A DNA stretch of 61,611 nt, the filler included, from Anaerolineae bacterium (lineage in GTDB: Bacteria; Chloroflexota; Anaerolineae; Epilineales; Epilineaceae): NCBI GenBank assembly GCA_029262755.1. It is 4 parts of 4 records of this genome, joined end to end, with 100 filler letters (N's around TTAATTAATTAA, not from the genome) between each part and the next. Parts side by side here need not be neighbours in the genome. Positions count along the whole stretch, not along the records: positions 1 to 30,370 come from JAJCYU010000319.1; positions 30,471 to 51,765 come from JAJCYU010000321.1; 2 more parts are not named here. One strand, 5' to 3'. A program made the position numbers and the translations under genes. Within the stretch, counting starts at the first letter, position 1. Each line of letters starts with the position of its first letter. Positions 21,869 through 30,829 of the stretch are shown piece after piece. Below the pieces are notes generated by a model that was not told the origin of the DNA, ran no database searches, and saw only the letters and a list, made by a program, of their open reading frames with translations.

Positions 21869-22008
21869 GGGGCTGCTCCTGTCGTCTCGGGGGCTGTTGT
21901 CCTCACGCTCCCAAGTCGGGCTCGCGTCCTAAGTGTGCCAGTAGGGCGTCATGCGCGGAAGTGACAAGCCGCTTCTCGTCACGGCGACAATTGGTGGCCG
22001 CAGACTCC

Positions 22009-22038
22009 TTGACCCTCCTTCCGCGCGGGCTCTATAAT
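22009..22038 (+). promoter_or_regulatory. Sigma70-type promoter upstream of secD
   Basis: TTGACC-N18-TATAAT in otherwise GC-rich DNA, ~70 bp before the secD ATG. Confidence 0.6.
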
Positions 22039-22110
22039 CCGCGGACTTCGACGGAACCGGGCGGTGGTCTTCCACCGCCCGCTTTCGCGACCTCAGAAGG
22101 TGAGCCCGTC

Positions 22111-23799
22111 ATGCAAGAACGTACCCCGCTTTGGCTACTGATGATCGCCGTGTTGGCGGCCTTGGCCATCTGGATCAACTTCGACTTCTTCGTGCCGGGT
22201 TATGAACACCCGCAGCGGGTCCGCGATCTGCTGACATGGCATGGCGACGAGCCGGATCAACGCAATCTCACGCTACGGCAGGGTCTCGACCTCCAAGGTG
22301 GACTCCAGGTGCTGCTGGAAGCGGAAGGCACGGACATCACGCCGGAGAAGCTCAACGAAGCGGCGTTGATCATCCAGAACCGGGTCGACGCATTGGGCGT
22401 GACCGAGCCGCTCGTGCAGACGCAGGGCGAGAACAAGATCGTGGTCGAGCTGCCCGGAATCGACGACCCGGACTTGGCGGTCAAGACGATCGGCCAGACA
22501 GCACAGCTTGAGTTCGTGTATGCCGGAACGAACCAGCTGGCGCAAGATTCCGAAATTCTGACGACCTACCCCGCTCTCTATAGTGAGATGCCGGAGATCC
22601 GCCAGCGCCCCTTCCTCGCCGCAGCCAATTCCACCGCGGACGATTTCCGTGAAGGCGGAGAGGCGGATGAGGACGAAGGAGATTCGGACGATGCGGCGGA
22701 GGGAGACGCGGAGGCGGACGCGGCCGTAGACGAGCCGACCGCGACGAGCGGCGAAGAGGGTGAAGACGCCGCGGAAGACGATGCAACGGATTCCGAGGAC
22801 GAGGCCGCAACGGATTCCGACGACGAGGCCGCAACGGACGCTTCCGAAGAAGACGACGAGGCCGTGGAAGAAGAAGATCCGGAGCGGCTGGAGACGTTCT
22901 ATCCGACCGTTATCGATGGTGCGCGGGTTCAAAACGCGTCGGTGGGCATCAGCACGATCAACGCGGAGATCGTGGTGAACTTTCAGTTGGACCGCGACGG
23001 CGGCACGGCCATGCGCACGTTTAGCCGCGACCACGTCGGCTAGATCATGGCGTTCGCGCTGGATAAGAAGATTGTCTCCGCCCCGCCTCTCAACGATGCG
23101 TTCGGTGGCGAGGGCATGATCACGGGCAACTTCACCCAGCAGGAAGCCGATACCTTGGCACTCCAGATCAACTCCGGCTCTCTGCCTTTCAAGCTCAATA
23201 CGGTTGGCCAGACACAGATCGGAGCCACGCTCGGCGCCGAGTCGGTTCGTGCTTCGGTCACCGGCGGCTTGATCGGATTGGTCGTCGTTCTGCTGTTCAT
23301 GCTCTTCTATTACCGCTGGCCCGGCCTGTTGGCCGACATCGCGTTGATACTCTACGCGCTATTCACGCTTTCGATCTTCCGTCTGCTCCCGGTGACGCTA
23401 ACGCTTGCGGGTATCGCGGGCTTCGTGCTCTCGATCGGTATGGCCGTGGACGCCAACATCCTGATCTTCGAGCGCATGAAAGAGGAATTGCGCGCGGGTC
23501 GGCGCGTTCAGCGGGCGATTGAGACGGGATTCCAGCGCGCGTGGCCCTCGATTCGAGACAGCAACATCTCAACCCTGATCACGTGCGCCATCTTGTTCTG
23601 GTTCGGCAACCAGTTCGGGGCGAGCATCGTCAAGGGCTTCGCCGTTACGTTGGCACTGGGTGTCGTCACGTCGTTGTTCACCGCGATCACGGTCACGCGC
23701 ACCCTGCTGACCCTGACGAACCGCATCGTATTGCGCGACACGAAGGGCGCGGCGACCGCGGCGGACAACACTCGACTCGCCTGGCTCTTTGGTATCTAG
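22111..23799 (+). CDS. secD: Protein translocase subunit SecD, interrupted by an in-frame TAG at 23041-23043
   Basis: LRQGLDLQGG, RVDALGVTEP, IVVELPG, then in the same frame after the TAG: GSLP, TLAGIAGFVLSIGMAVDANILIFER, DSNISTLI, KGFAVTL. Confidence 0.9.
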
Positions 23800-23824
23800 G
23801 CCGAGCTCGGTCGGGGGACTTGCC

Positions 23825-24268
23825 ATGCACAATCCATTGGTGCGGGACTGGATGACGGTCGACCCGATCACGGTCGAACCGGGGCGAAGCCTGTCCAACG
23901 CCCGGACGAAGATGGAGCGCGAGGACGTACAGCGGCTGATCGTGATCGATGATCAGATGCATCCAATCGGGATCCTGTCTTGGACGGATGTCGAGCGTGG
24001 GTGGCCTTCGCCGTTCACGTCGTTGGAAGGCTACGAAGTGCGTGAGCTCATGGCCCGGGTTAGCGTGGAAGAAGCCATGACACGCGAGGTCATCACCGTG
24101 GAGCCGGACGCCACGATCTCGGAAGCGGTAAACCTGATGTTTGAGAAGCGCGTGGGCGCTCTGCCGGTGGTGGAAGGCAAACGTGTGGTCGGTATCTTGA
24201 CCAACTCCGATATCCGCCAAGGCCTCGTGCGCATCCTGAGCAGTCGCAGCAAGGATCAAGAGCGCTGA
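23825..24268 (+). CDS. CBS domain pair protein (AcuB-like)
   Basis: VRDWMTVDPITV, GILSWTD, MTREVITV, LPVVEGKRVVGILT. Confidence 0.9.
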   Translation: MHNPLVRDWMTVDPITVEPGRSLSNARTKMEREDVQRLIVIDDQMHPIGILSWTDVERGWPSPFTSLEGYEVRELMARVSVEEAMTREVITVEPDATISEAVNLMFEKRVGALPVVEGKRVVGILTNSDIRQGLVRILSSRSKDQER

Positions 24269-24291
24269 GTTCCCGCGCGCCGGCCATCGCG

Positions 24292-25245
24292 GTGCGCGAC
24301 CTCCACCGCCGCTACGGAGCGCTGCGCGCCGTAGATGGCGTGAGCTTCGAGGTTCCGGAAGGCGAGATCTTCGCTCTGCTGGGTCCCAACGGTGCCGGCA
24401 AAACCACCACCATTCGAATGATTCTCGGGCTCGTGTCCCCAAGCGCGGGCAGCGTTCGCGTTCTCGGTTCGGATCGACCCTCGACCGTGCGTGATGCAAT
24501 CGGCTACTTGCCGGAAGAGCGCGGCCTCTATCGCGACGTCAAGGTGCTCGACAACCTGGTGTACCTTGCGGGACTGAAAGGAATCACAGGCGCGGAAGCA
24601 CGCCGTCGCGCGATGGCCTCGCTCGAGCAACTCGCCTTGGACCATGTCGCAGGGCAACCGGTCAAGTCCCTCAGTCGCGGGATGCAGCAACAGGTGCAGT
24701 TGATCGCAACCATCATCCATCGCCCCAAACTGCTCATTGTCGACGAGCCGTTCTCCGGACTCGACCCGGTCAACACCCGGCGCATGCGTGACCTCTTGCT
24801 GCGACTGCGCGACGCGGGGGCCACCATCGTGATGAGCACCCATCAAATGAACCGGGTCGAGGAAATCTGTGATCGGCTGGTGATGCTCCAACGCGGATCG
24901 GTTGTGCTCGAGGGCACCGTGCGCTCGGTGCGACGCCAATTCGGCGGCGGTTCCGTGCTCGTGGAGGCAGACGGATCCCTCGAGGATCTGCCGGGCGTTG
25001 CGCGCTCGGTCCCGGTCGGCGATGGCTTCGCGCTGACCTTGAAGCCGGGCGTGCGGCCCGACGATCTGCTGACGACCCTCGCCGCTCGGTCTGCGATCGG
25101 TCTGCGACGATTCGAGGTGCATACGCCGCACCTGGAGGAGGTCTTCATCGCCGTCGCTGGAGCCTCGCCGGACGACGAGCAAGATTCATCGACGTCACGA
25201 TCTCACGACCGCCCCTCCCGCTCCGGGCCAGACGCAACCGCATGA
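24292..25245 (+). CDS. ABC transporter ATP-binding protein (NatA-like)
   Basis: Walker A GPNGAGKTT, LSRGMQQ, Walker B IVDEPFSGLD, STH; start uncertain. Confidence 0.92.
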   Translation: MRDLHRRYGALRAVDGVSFEVPEGEIFALLGPNGAGKTTTIRMILGLVSPSAGSVRVLGSDRPSTVRDAIGYLPEERGLYRDVKVLDNLVYLAGLKGITGAEARRRAMASLEQLALDHVAGQPVKSLSRGMQQQVQLIATIIHRPKLLIVDEPFSGLDPVNTRRMRDLLLRLRDAGATIVMSTHQMNRVEEICDRLVMLQRGSVVLEGTVRSVRRQFGGGSVLVEADGSLEDLPGVARSVPVGDGFALTLKPGVRPDDLLTTLAARSAIGLRRFEVHTPHLEEVFIAVAGASPDDEQDSSTSRSHDRPSRSGPDATA

Positions 25246-27917
25246 CCCGTTTCGCGCACCGACTCGATGCGTTGCGCATCGCGCAATTCGAGTACCGGCG
25301 GCATGTGTTTAGCCGTCGATTCTTGCTGTCGACGCTCGGATTGCCGCTGTTTATGGCCGCGATGACGGGGGTTTCGCTGTGGGCGTCTTCCATGGCTCGC
25401 GAGCCGGACGGAGCATGGGGTGTCGTGGCCTCTTCGGAGTGGGCCGCTGAACTCGATCCCTCTCTGGAGCGCTTTGCCGACCGAGCCGCTGCGGAGCGAG
25501 CGCTGGCAGATGGCCTGGCAGGGTACGCGTTGCTGGAGGGGGACGGCCGCGCATTGGTCCGATCGGTGCCGGAAGCTCAGACCCCACGTGCGCTCCGCAG
25601 CGCGCTCCGGGAGCATTCCCTGCGCGCGACCCTGGACGCCGCGCCGGCCGCTCGCCGCGACGCACTGCGCGAACCGTCGACGCTGCGATTCGCGGCACTC
25701 TCCACCCCGGACGTCGAAGCCCAGACCTCCGCCGGACTGATTGCCGCCCTCGGGGTGGCCTTCGGGTTGCCCATGGTCTTCATGATCACGGTGCTGTTCT
25801 CGACGGGCATGCTCGTGACCGCGGTGGCGGAAGAGCGAGCGGGACGCTTGCTCGAGTTGCTCAGCAGTTCCGCGCACCCACGCGCGCTCGTGGCCGGGAA
25901 GGTGATAGGACTGGGGGCTGTGGGGTTGACGCAGACGGGGGCATGGGCGTTGGCCGGAACCGCCGCAGCCGCCTTCATGCTCGGCCCCATCGTCTTCGAA
26001 GCAGTCCGCGTGCTGTGGGCGCCGTGGCTCATCGTCGGCCTCGGCTTCTTCGTCCTTGGCTATCTGTTGTATGCAGCGATCATGGTGGCGATCGGGGTCA
26101 TCATGGGGCAGCCGCGCGAAGCGCAGCAGGTAGCGGGTATCGCAAGCCTGACCCTTACCTTGCCGTTCGCGTTGATGGGGCTACTGCTGTTACGTCCCGC
26201 CAGTCCCGCGGCCGTCTTCTTGTCCGTGTTTCCTCCGACCGCACCGGCCGCGATGCCGATGCGCCTTGCGTTGGGGGCCGCGCCGCCCACCCAGGTCCTG
26301 CTCGCGTTCATCCTTCTCTTGCTTGCAACGATCGGCGCATTCGCGTTCGTCGGTCGCGTGTTTGCCGTCACGGTGTTGGGGCGAGGCTTGCGCCTGCCGG
26401 GGCGTTGGTGGCGACGAGGCCCGCTGAGGCGTGGTTCACTAGACGCGGACGGCGCGGATCACGCCGGCAGCGAACCGAACATCGAGGACCAAAACTCGGC
26501 CGCGATGGGAGCCCGCGCGCCGGGCGATGATCATGCGGGCCAACGATCCCTGATCCCGGCCGCATACGCCGGAAAACGAGCGGAGCCGACGGGCATTTGG
26601 CGACGCGCCGTCCTGGTTGCCGTGACCGAGCTTTGGACACACCTGCGGCGACGAAGCTTCCTGATCACGACCTTCGGTCTGCCGGCCGTGGGATTGGTGG
26701 TCGCGCTGTTCATGGCTGTGGCGGGTGCAACCGTTGCGCGTCAAACTTTAACCGACCTGGGCGGAGCCTTTGACGTCCAAGACCTGCAACGCATCGCCGT
26801 CGATCCCCGCGTCGCCATCGTGGATCCGGGCGGCTTCCTGGACGGCGTAGCCTCGACAGAGCGTGAGACGCCGCAGGCCAAGCTGCTGGTTGTGGCCGAT
26901 CGTGAGACTGCGCTGGCACGTATGCGTGCCGGCGATATCGACAAAGTCTACGTTCTGCCCGCCGACTACCCATCCTCGAGGTCCGTCGTCACGTGGCGTG
27001 AAACGATCGGACCTCCGGAGGATGCGCCCGAGCTCGACCGCGTGCTTCGCTTGGCGTTGTGGCCGGACGGCGATGCGCAGGAATTGGCCAACCTGGATCT
27101 TCCGCAAACGCGCGTCCGCACCGAGGTATTCGAACCCGTCGCGTTGGCGGATCCCGCCGAGGTGGAGCCGGACATCGAGGACGGTGGTTTGGACTTGGAA
27201 GCGAATCCGGGCCCGGCCCTTTTGGTCCTGGGTCTTGCGTCCCTGCTCTACACCTCGATCTTCATGGCAAGCTCTTTCCTGCTGCAGAGCGTAACCACCG
27301 AGAAGGAGAATCGCGTCATCGAGTTGCTGTTGACATCGGTGCCCGCCGGTCTGCTGCTCGGAGGGAAGATCGTTGGCCTCGGTGTCCTTGGCTTACTGCA
27401 GCTGGCGATCTGGACCGGCAGTGGGCTGCTGCTCTCCCAAGGCGGCGCGCTAGCGCTCACCGCCGTGGCAGCGATCCGTCTTGGGCCGGGCGTGCTGTTG
27501 GCCGGATTGGTCTACTTTGCTTTCGGCTATGCCTTCTACGCTGCGCTGATGGGCGCGGTTGGCGCGCTCGTGCCTTCGTTCCAGGAGAGCGGCCCGTTGA
27601 CCTTCGTCGTGCTGTTTCCCGCTTGGACGCCCTTCTTCTTCGTCGAGGCGCTCCTCGCGCGGCCGGGAGGCTCGCTGGCCCGGGCGCTTTCGTTGTTCCC
27701 GCCGACGGCTCCGCTTGTCATGATGCTTCGCCTTTCTGCAGGTGCCGTGCCATGGTGGGAGGTGGTTCTCGGACTCGGGTTGTTGGCGACCGCGTCCGTT
27801 GCCGTCGTCCTCATTGCAGCGCGTTTGTTTCGCGCCTCCAACCTTCTCGCGGGATCGGTGCCGAGCCCGCGTGGAATGCTGCGCGCGTTGCGCCGCGAAC
27901 CGTACTCGCCGCGCTAG
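25242..27917 (+). CDS. ABC-2 (NatB-like) permease with two permease modules in one ORF
   Basis: EERAGRLLELLSSS..GKVIG and TEKENRVIELLLTSV..GKIVG, each followed by an LS.FPPTAP module. Confidence 0.85.
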   Translation: MTRFAHRLDALRIAQFEYRRHVFSRRFLLSTLGLPLFMAAMTGVSLWASSMAREPDGAWGVVASSEWAAELDPSLERFADRAAAERALADGLAGYALLEGDGRALVRSVPEAQTPRALRSALREHSLRATLDAAPAARRDALREPSTLRFAALSTPDVEAQTSAGLIAALGVAFGLPMVFMITVLFSTGMLVTAVAEERAGRLLELLSSSAHPRALVAGKVIGLGAVGLTQTGAWALAGTAAAAFMLGPIVFEAVRVLWAPWLIVGLGFFVLGYLLYAAIMVAIGVIMGQPREAQQVAGIASLTLTLPFALMGLLLLRPASPAAVFLSVFPPTAPAAMPMRLALGAAPPTQVLLAFILLLLATIGAFAFVGRVFAVTVLGRGLRLPGRWWRRGPLRRGSLDADGADHAGSEPNIEDQNSAAMGARAPGDDHAGQRSLIPAAYAGKRAEPTGIWRRAVLVAVTELWTHLRRRSFLITTFGLPAVGLVVALFMAVAGATVARQTLTDLGGAFDVQDLQRIAVDPRVAIVDPGGFLDGVASTERETPQAKLLVVADRETALARMRAGDIDKVYVLPADYPSSRSVVTWRETIGPPEDAPELDRVLRLALWPDGDAQELANLDLPQTRVRTEVFEPVALADPAEVEPDIEDGGLDLEANPGPALLVLGLASLLYTSIFMASSFLLQSVTTEKENRVIELLLTSVPAGLLLGGKIVGLGVLGLLQLAIWTGSGLLLSQGGALALTAVAAIRLGPGVLLAGLVYFAFGYAFYAALMGAVGALVPSFQESGPLTFVVLFPAWTPFFFVEALLARPGGSLARALSLFPPTAPLVMMLRLSAGAVPWWEVVLGLGLLATASVAVVLIAARLFRASNLLAGSVPSPRGMLRALRREPYSPR

Positions 27918-27926
27918 CCCAATACC

Positions 27927-27955
27927 TTGTTGGCCCTGAGACCGCGTGGTAGAAT
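27927..27955 (+). promoter_or_regulatory. Extended -10 promoter for secF
   Basis: TTGTTG-N17-TAGAAT with TG at 27947-27948; RBS AGGAGG at 27976-27981. Confidence 0.5.
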
Positions 27956-27990
27956 CGCGCGGATTGCCGCACGCCAGGAGGCCTGCCCTC

Positions 27991-28956
27991 ATGTTCCGCA
28001 TTATTCAGAAGCGCTATTGGTATTTCGGGCTGTCGCTCAGCCTGATCATCGCCGGGCTGATCAGCATTGCCGTGAACGGCATCCCCCTTTCGATCGACTT
28101 CACTGGGGGTACGATCTACGACATTGCGTTCGAGCAACGTGACGTCTCCGAGACTGCGGTCCGGGACGTCTATGCGTCCCTGGGCATCGAGGACGTGAAG
28201 GTCGTTCGTGCGACTACGGAAACCGGTTCCCGCTTCCTCGTTCGCTCGAAGCCGATCAACGACGTCGCGGGCGCGGACGGGCAGGATTCCGGCAGCACGA
28301 TCTCGCGCAAGGAAGAGCTATCCACGGCCTTGACCGAGAATATTGGTCCGTACGAAGAACTGCGTTTCGAATCCATCGGCGCCTCGGTAGGCGAGTTGGT
28401 GACGCGCAACGCCACGATGGCTGTCGCGCTAGCCTCGCTTGCCGTCGCGATCTATCTCACCGTGATGTTCCGGCACCTTAGCCATCCCATGCGCTACGGC
28501 ATCTGCACGATCATCGCGCTGGTCCACGATGTGTTGATTACGCTCGGTTTGGCATCGCTGATGGGCGCCTTGTACGGCTGGGAGGTGGATGCGCTCTTCC
28601 TCACGGCCTTGCTCACCATCATCGGATTCTCCGTCCATGACTCGATCGTGGTGTTTGACCGGATCCGAGAGAATGCCGGGCGGTTGCGAGGCATCACCTA
28701 TGAGAGCCTGGTCAATCATTCGGTGATTCAGACGCTGGACCGGTCGATCAACACGCAGCTGACCGCTCTGTTCACGTTGGTGGCCATCTTCGTGTTCAGC
28801 CAGGGGCAGCTCGAGCGCTTCCTGTTCTGGTTGATCATCGGCCTGATCAGCGGGACTTACTCCTCGATCTTCACGGCGGCACCGCTGCTCGTGGTCTGGG
28901 AGAAGCGGGAATGGCAGACCTGGTTCGGCGGGCGCCGGGCGGAAGCCACGGCGTAG
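27991..28956 (+). CDS. secF: Protein translocase subunit SecF
   Basis: SIDFTGGT, ALVHDV, ALLTIIGFSVHDSIVVFDRIREN, QTLDRSINT, GTYSSIFTA. Confidence 0.95.
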   Translation: MFRIIQKRYWYFGLSLSLIIAGLISIAVNGIPLSIDFTGGTIYDIAFEQRDVSETAVRDVYASLGIEDVKVVRATTETGSRFLVRSKPINDVAGADGQDSGSTISRKEELSTALTENIGPYEELRFESIGASVGELVTRNATMAVALASLAVAIYLTVMFRHLSHPMRYGICTIIALVHDVLITLGLASLMGALYGWEVDALFLTALLTIIGFSVHDSIVVFDRIRENAGRLRGITYESLVNHSVIQTLDRSINTQLTALFTLVAIFVFSQGQLERFLFWLIIGLISGTYSSIFTAAPLLVVWEKREWQTWFGGRRAEATA

Positions 28957-28999
28957 GCGCTCTTCTGCGCACCTGCACCACGCAAGGGCACAACCAACG

Positions 29000-29779
29000 A
29001 TGAGCCAGCCAGCTGCCGATGGCCCGATGATACGCGCCGTGGGCTTGAGCAAGAGCTACGACTCCGTGACGGCCGTCCACCACCTCGATCTCGAGGTTGG
29101 CCGGGGTGAGATCTTCGGCTTCCTCGGACCCAACGGCGCCGGCAAGACGACCACGATCCGCATGCTTACCGGCCTGTTGCGCCCCACCTCAGGGCAGGTC
29201 TGGATCGCGGGGCATGACATTGCGGAAGAGCCCCTGGCCGCAAGGGCTGCCGTAGCGTATCTGCCGGATACGCCCTACCTCTATGACAAGCTGACCGGTC
29301 GCGAGTTCATCCACTTCGTGGCGGGCTTGTATCGGGTGCCGCCGGAGCGCGTCGATCGCCGGGTCGCGGAGATGCTGCCGCTCTTCGAGCTGGAGGACCG
29401 TGCGGACGATCTAATCGAGGGCTATTCGCACGGGATGCGGCAAAAGACGTTGATGATCTCGGCCCTGGTGCATGATCCGGAGTTGATGTTTCTCGACGAG
29501 CCGACGGTCGGGCTGGATCCGCGCAGCGCGCGCTTGATGCGTGACGTGTTTCGCCAGCTGGCATCGCGTGGCACGACCGTGTTCCTGTCGACCCATATCC
29601 TCGAGATCGCGGAACGGCTTTGTGATCGGATCGCGATCATTCATCAAGGGAAGGTCATCGCGCTTGGCACCATGTCCGAGTTGCGCGAACTGGCCGAGCA
29701 CAACAACACTCTGGAAGACATCTTCCTTGAAGTAACCGGCGGTGCCGCCTACGCGGAGATCGCCCAGGTTCTGGCGTGA
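29000..29779 (+). CDS. ABC transporter ATP-binding protein
   Basis: GPNGAGKTT, YSHGMRQK, FLDEPTVGLD, STH. Confidence 0.95.
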   Translation: MSQPAADGPMIRAVGLSKSYDSVTAVHHLDLEVGRGEIFGFLGPNGAGKTTTIRMLTGLLRPTSGQVWIAGHDIAEEPLAARAAVAYLPDTPYLYDKLTGREFIHFVAGLYRVPPERVDRRVAEMLPLFELEDRADDLIEGYSHGMRQKTLMISALVHDPELMFLDEPTVGLDPRSARLMRDVFRQLASRGTTVFLSTHILEIAERLCDRIAIIHQGKVIALGTMSELRELAEHNNTLEDIFLEVTGGAAYAEIAQVLA

Positions 29780-30370
29780 GCGAACGGGAACCTGACGAGC
29801 GCGTCACCGACGGGCCGCAGACCAGCATTTCGTCCCCGGACGCGCTTCCGCCCGTCACGGTGGCGGCGCTACGCGCCGATCGCCTGCCACCGGCGGGCTT
29901 CATCGCCACGACACGGTCGCTCGTGCGCGCGCGCTGGCGGATCGCATGGAACACCATCCGACGCGGAGCGCGGTGGCGAAGGCTGACCTATGCGGTCGTG
30001 TTCGCGGCGCTCGCTTTCCTTTCGTCCATGTCCTTGCTCTTCAGTTGGGGCATGACCAGGGTGATCGGTGGCGTGACGGAAGATCCTACAGCTGCGGACG
30101 TGCTGATCGCATCGACGTTGTCCGGTACGTTGGTGCTCAGCTTCCTTGTGAGCTTTACGGTGGCGTTGGCGGCGCTCTACCTTTCCCGCGACCTGGACTT
30201 GCTCCTAGCGGCGCCCGTTTCGCGGCGCGCCGTGTTCGCCAGCAAGCTCATCGGCGGGCTGCTGCCACTGGGGCTGCTCGGTGTCTTCTTCATCGTGGAC
30301 TTTGCGCTGTGTCCCACCCGCCAGCTCTTCGGGCTGCCATGTCCGGGCTGCGGGCTGACCCGGGCGACGA
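29776..30370 (+). CDS. Putative ABC exporter permease, truncated at the contig end; last ~35 codons look DUF2752-like
   Basis: LYLSRDLDLLLAAPVSRRAVFASKL permease motif, then CPTRQLFGLPCPGCGLTRA. Confidence 0.7.
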
Positions 30371-30470
30371 NNNNNNNNNNNNNNNNNNNNNNNNNNNNNN
30401 NNNNNNNNNNNNNNTTAATTAATTAANNNNNNNNNNNNNNNNNNNNNNNNNNNNNNNNNNNNNNNNNNNN
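30371..30470. other. Artificial contig spacer
   Basis: N44-TTAATTAATTAA-N44 (stops in all six frames). Confidence 0.99.
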
Positions 30471-30829
30471 CTGTCGGGGACGGTGTGGAAACGTCCGTCA
30501 TCCGCGACCGTGATGCAGCCTCCTTCCATCAGCAGGCCGAAGCCCTCGAACGCATAGGGCAGCATCGCGGTGGTCCTGTCGGCGAAACCCACCTGCAACT
30601 GCGGATTCTTCTCAGTGATCTTCAGAAGGTAGCTCCGGGGACTAGCGGCGATCACTTCGCGCGAATCCTTGTGCAGGCACAGGGGCATGACGAGCAGGGA
30701 GAGCGAGAAGGGCATGCCGCGGGGGTCTACTTCTCCGTAACCTTGCATGGCGCGGAACAGGACCAAACCGCAAAAGGCGGGGTTGAACAGGTTCCGTAAC
30801 TCGAAAGGGCGCTGATCCCAACGTTTCAC
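30471..30829 (-). CDS. lmuC: Lamassu / ABC-three-component middle component (LmuC, DUF6521-like), truncated at the contig end
   Basis: GTG start overlaps the upstream TGA; KRWDQRPFELRNLFNPAFCG..LVMPLCLHKDSRE. Confidence 0.75.

Noticed and set aside
23041..23043. Genome-wide TAG reassignment
   Set aside because: Many neighbouring genes end at TAG at their expected C-termini.
30371..30470. TTAATTAATTAA palindrome inside N runs (also 51766-51865 and 57685-57784)
   Set aside because: Artificial contig linker; ORFs ending in X..LIN and cross-gap neighbourhoods are artefacts.
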